Of a DNA stretch of 64,000 nt, positions 61,153-64,000 are shown piece by piece. Below the pieces are notes generated by a model. It saw nothing but the letters and a program-made list of their open reading frames with translations, did no database searches and had not been told where the DNA came from. The position numbers were made by a program, and so were the translations under genes. How positions within the stretch are numbered: the stretch's first letter is position 1; the number at the start of each line of letters is the position of its first letter. Location: the NCBI GenBank assembly GCA_951812955.1, contig OX638340.1, positions 2,176,001 through 2,240,000 of the forward strand, written 5' to 3'. This stretch comes from an uncultured Gemmatimonadota bacterium (GTDB lineage: Bacteria; JAAXHH01).

Positions 61153-62215
61153 ACACTCTTCCTAAGAATCGATCTCGGCAGAACTCTATACGACCCTTCA
61201 CAGCTCTCAAACTATTTGTCGCGCCTGTGGTGAATCCTCTGAGTTCGTCCGAGTTCATCCAAGTAGAAATGTCTGTTGTGTCCAGTTTAGCATGTTCTTT
61301 TAATGCTAGTGATGCTCCTACGGCTATTGCCTCATAGAGATTCAATGGCGTTAAGCCCTTCCGACCAGGACGCCTTATACCTTCTGGGAAAGTTTGGGCT
61401 AGTTTTTGAAAAACCGTTCGAAACTCTTTTTCTTTGGTAATGTAGTCAAAGTGATTGCTCGCATCCTTCATGTAATCCGTTAAAAACTCCTCAACACTGT
61501 GTTCAAAGTTATTGTATCGATCCAAATACGCAAAATAACGAAGCACACATTCTTCTAAAGTTCCATCATTCCTGTTTCCTTTTGAAAGTTTTACGACCTT
61601 TTGGAAGTCATCAGTTTTTGCCAACTCATCTAGTTTGTCAGCAAACTTTCCTTGGTACACGCAGTCCCGTATTTCTTGGTTCGTTAGCAAAACACCGCCG
61701 GTGTTCAAGCGCTCAAAAAGATCAAACCGTATTACTTTGTCACTCTTATCGTTCAGGGTAACAACTCTTAAAGGTCTAGTCTTCACATGTTGTTGAATTG
61801 TTGTAGGAAAGGTACCATATGTCAAATTGTTGAAATTACTTAGTTTCTTCAGCCCTTTTAATACTAGCTTCTCACCCAAGCCAAATTGATTACGCAGTTC
61901 TTCATCGCCAGCAAACTTGACTATTGCACTCAAACGTTGAACTCCATCAACAGCTTCCCACGTGAAATCGTCATTTGTTGCCATAAAAAGATTGGGAATC
62001 GGTATTCCAAGCATGAGCGATTCTACGAGTCGAGAACAGCGTTCATCATTCCAGCGAAATTGCCGTTGGTATGAAGGTGCAACTGATATCTGTCCTTCCT
62101 TTAGCATGCTCAATAGTTCTTGGAGTTGGATGTCGAAAGTATCGAAATCCACTGTTCGTCGTTGAGTTGCCAGTTGATCAGTAAGGTCTTGCGGTATTTC
62201 GATAGGAATTTGCAC
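61136..62215 (-). CDS. DUF262 (ParB/Sulfiredoxin-like, GmrS-like) domain protein
   Basis: 359 aa. N-terminal motifs QRQFRW and AVDGVQRLSAI (the DGQQR motif of DUF262). No DUF1524/His-Me nuclease domain follows. AT-rich island. Confidence 0.7.
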   Translation of the reverse strand: MQIPIEIPQDLTDQLATQRRTVDFDTFDIQLQELLSMLKEGQISVAPSYQRQFRWNDERCSRLVESLMLGIPIPNLFMATNDDFTWEAVDGVQRLSAIVKFAGDEELRNQFGLGEKLVLKGLKKLSNFNNLTYGTFPTTIQQHVKTRPLRVVTLNDKSDKVIRFDLFERLNTGGVLLTNQEIRDCVYQGKFADKLDELAKTDDFQKVVKLSKGNRNDGTLEECVLRYFAYLDRYNNFEHSVEEFLTDYMKDASNHFDYITKEKEFRTVFQKLAQTFPEGIRRPGRKGLTPLNLYEAIAVGASLALKEHAKLDTTDISTWMNSDELRGFTTGATNSLRAVKGRIEFCRDRFLGRVYVPST

Positions 62216-62706
62216 TTCACCCTCCTACGATCCGGCTTTCAATCAAGTTCCGATTAGCGAGACAATCTTGTTACGAACCAAGATGATAAAGGCTGCCAGT
62301 GCTAGTTAAACTCTAACATGTTCTTGGTAGGTAAAATATGCGCTAATAAGCCTCTCTGATTTGCCAATCTCATAAACTCATATACTTAAGCCGTAGAATT
62401 GCTAATGTGAATTATGTGTGAAACTGTGCAAGATTGAGGTACTCGATTACCGTGTAAGTTTTGGACGACACGGTGCCAGTTGGTTCATTCTCCTACAGTT
62501 ACTACAAATGCCGTGTAACTCGACCAGACAGCCAATGTAGAGCGGCCTTCCCATGCCTGTCAACCGCTTATGCACGGACGCGGGGCGTCTTCAACCGTAT
62601 ACGAGGCGCATTCAGCCGGATAAGTGGGCGCCGTTGACAGGATGCATGACCCTTTCTACATTGGTCCTACCGGTACCAGCAACTGAATCTCTCCATCATA
62701 TCGCCC

Positions 62707-64000
62707 ATGATCTCACACCGATTCATCCCCCTGCTCGCCACAATTGTTACGTGCGCGTCGTTCCAGACCGTTGCGCCCGTCACCCATGCGCAGGACCAGC
62801 CACCGGGTCAGCTGCAATCCAAGCGCCCGATTCGCGTCGAAGTCCCGCTCTTCGAGGGCGGCCAGGGGCTGGAGTTCTTCCTCGAGTGCGCCCGGACCTA
62901 TGAACAGGAGCATGAGGGCGTAGTGATCGACCTCTACGGCGATCCCCGCATACACGACAAGGTGCGGGTGCGCATCCTTGAACGCTCCTTCCCCGAGGTC
63001 ACAAACGCCCGCCTGAACTACTGGGCGCTCATCCGCAACGGCGACCTGCTGCCCTTGGACGAGTTTCTCGACCAGCCCAACTGGGAAGGGGACCGTACCT
63101 GGCGCGAATCGTTCCTGCCCGGTACGCTGACCCAGTACACGCATGAGGGTAAGACCTATGGCGTTCCCCTGATGGCGTCGGCCTACGCGGTGTGGTACAA
63201 CAAGAGCCTCTTCGAAGAACACGGCTGGCAACCGGCGACCACCTGGGAAGAGTTCTTTGCGCTTTGCGAAGAGATCAAGGCCGCCGGCATGTGGCCGCTC
63301 GCCTTCCAGGGCCGTTACCCGGGCTACGTGCAGGCCGTGATCGACCACGCATACTACCACCTGGCAGGACCGGAAAGGTACTTCGACCAGAAGAACCTGG
63401 TACGCGGCAGTTTTGACAATCCCGAATTCGTCGAGTCCCTGTCCCTTGCGCAGCAAATCGCACTCAACTTTTTCCAGCCGGGCGCCATGGGCATGAGCCA
63501 CACCGAATCGCAGCTCGAGTTCTTCCTGGGCCACACGGCCATGATCTTCTGCGGTTCGTGGCTCAAGAGCGAGATGCTGGGCAAGATACCGGACGGTTTC
63601 CGCCTGGGCTCCTTCAACCTGCCGGTAGCGCCTACCGGCAAGGCGGATCCATCGGCCGTTTACGGCGGGTCCGGGTACTATTTCGTCATGAAGGACAGCG
63701 ACAACCCGCTGGCCGGGGTCGAGTTCCTGCGCTTCATGACCTCCCGGCGCATGGCCGGCCGCTTCGCCCGGATGCGCGACATCCCCGTGTCCGTGGCCGG
63801 CGTATCCGAAGAGAACCTGTCGGAAGACATGGCCGACCTGGCGGCCATGCTGAAAGACGCGGCCGTCACTTACGGTACGCCGCCCGGGGAAGGCTATCCG
63901 GCTATGACGCAGTACTGGACCGACGCGCGCTTCCGCGTCATAACCGGACAAACCACGCCAGCCGAAGCCGCGGCGGAACTGGAAACCGCGGCGGCCGTGG
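62707..64000 (+). CDS. ABC transporter extracellular solute-binding protein, family 1 (sugar-type), 3'-truncated by the window end
   Basis: Not in the ORF track because it has no stop in the window. Frame from the ATG at 62707 gives signal peptide MISHRFIPLLATIVTCASFQTVAPVTHA, then a continuous SBP_bac_1-like sequence to position 64000. Confidence 0.7.
   Translation, partial: MISHRFIPLLATIVTCASFQTVAPVTHAQDQPPGQLQSKRPIRVEVPLFEGGQGLEFFLECARTYEQEHEGVVIDLYGDPRIHDKVRVRILERSFPEVTNARLNYWALIRNGDLLPLDEFLDQPNWEGDRTWRESFLPGTLTQYTHEGKTYGVPLMASAYAVWYNKSLFEEHGWQPATTWEEFFALCEEIKAAGMWPLAFQGRYPGYVQAVIDHAYYHLAGPERYFDQKNLVRGSFDNPEFVESLSLAQQIALNFFQPGAMGMSHTESQLEFFLGHTAMIFCGSWLKSEMLGKIPDGFRLGSFNLPVAPTGKADPSAVYGGSGYYFVMKDSDNPLAGVEFLRFMTSRRMAGRFARMRDIPVSVAGVSEENLSEDMADLAAMLKDAAVTYGTPPGEGYPAMTQYWTDARFRVITGQTTPAEAAAELETAAAV

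Noticed and set aside
1-64000. CRISPR arrays.
   Set aside because: All tandem repeats found are either coding minisatellites, the 255-bp Ig repeats, or 2-copy intergenic repeats. None shows a regular repeat-spacer architecture or nearby cas genes.

Overview
This is a 64 kb GC-rich (about 65 %) bacterial chromosomal segment, apparently from a diderm environmental bacterium (Tat and Sec/lipoprotein signals, OadGBA pump, TolB-like propeller). I support about 53 protein-coding genes and found no rRNA, tRNA or CRISPR. The backbone is housekeeping: a PaoABC-like Mo/FeS/FAD aldehyde oxidoreductase, class I fumarase, yggT, tsaB-rimI, a ribD-ribE-ribBA-ribH-nusB riboflavin operon running straight into a glycosylation cluster (GT4, Dpm1-like GT2, GT4, DUF2723 GT-C), ilvE, oadGBA, msrA, an MlrC-like peptidase, IHF/HU, an M1 aminopeptidase, merR-der-radical SAM, leuCD, and a multi-GAF histidine kinase paired with a REC-PP2C regulator. 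The accessory content is: (i) a 1720-aa lipoprotein with near-identical 255-bp Big_2 tandem repeats, three plant-type LRR blocks and a C-terminal metzincin protease; (ii) a degenerate IS5-family element with a triplicated left end inserted in that gene's promoter region; (iii) two AT-rich islets (about 58.46-59.23 kb and 60.38-62.55 kb), the second carrying an overlapping DUF262 (ParB/GmrS-like) plus HEPN-like (R-x4-H) gene pair. I consider that pair the best candidate for an undescribed defence module. Short in-frame tandem repeats (minisatellites) that add Pro/Gly/Asp-rich tails to conserved proteins recur across the window. All calls rest on reading the supplied ORF translations and the DNA by eye; no database searches were run.
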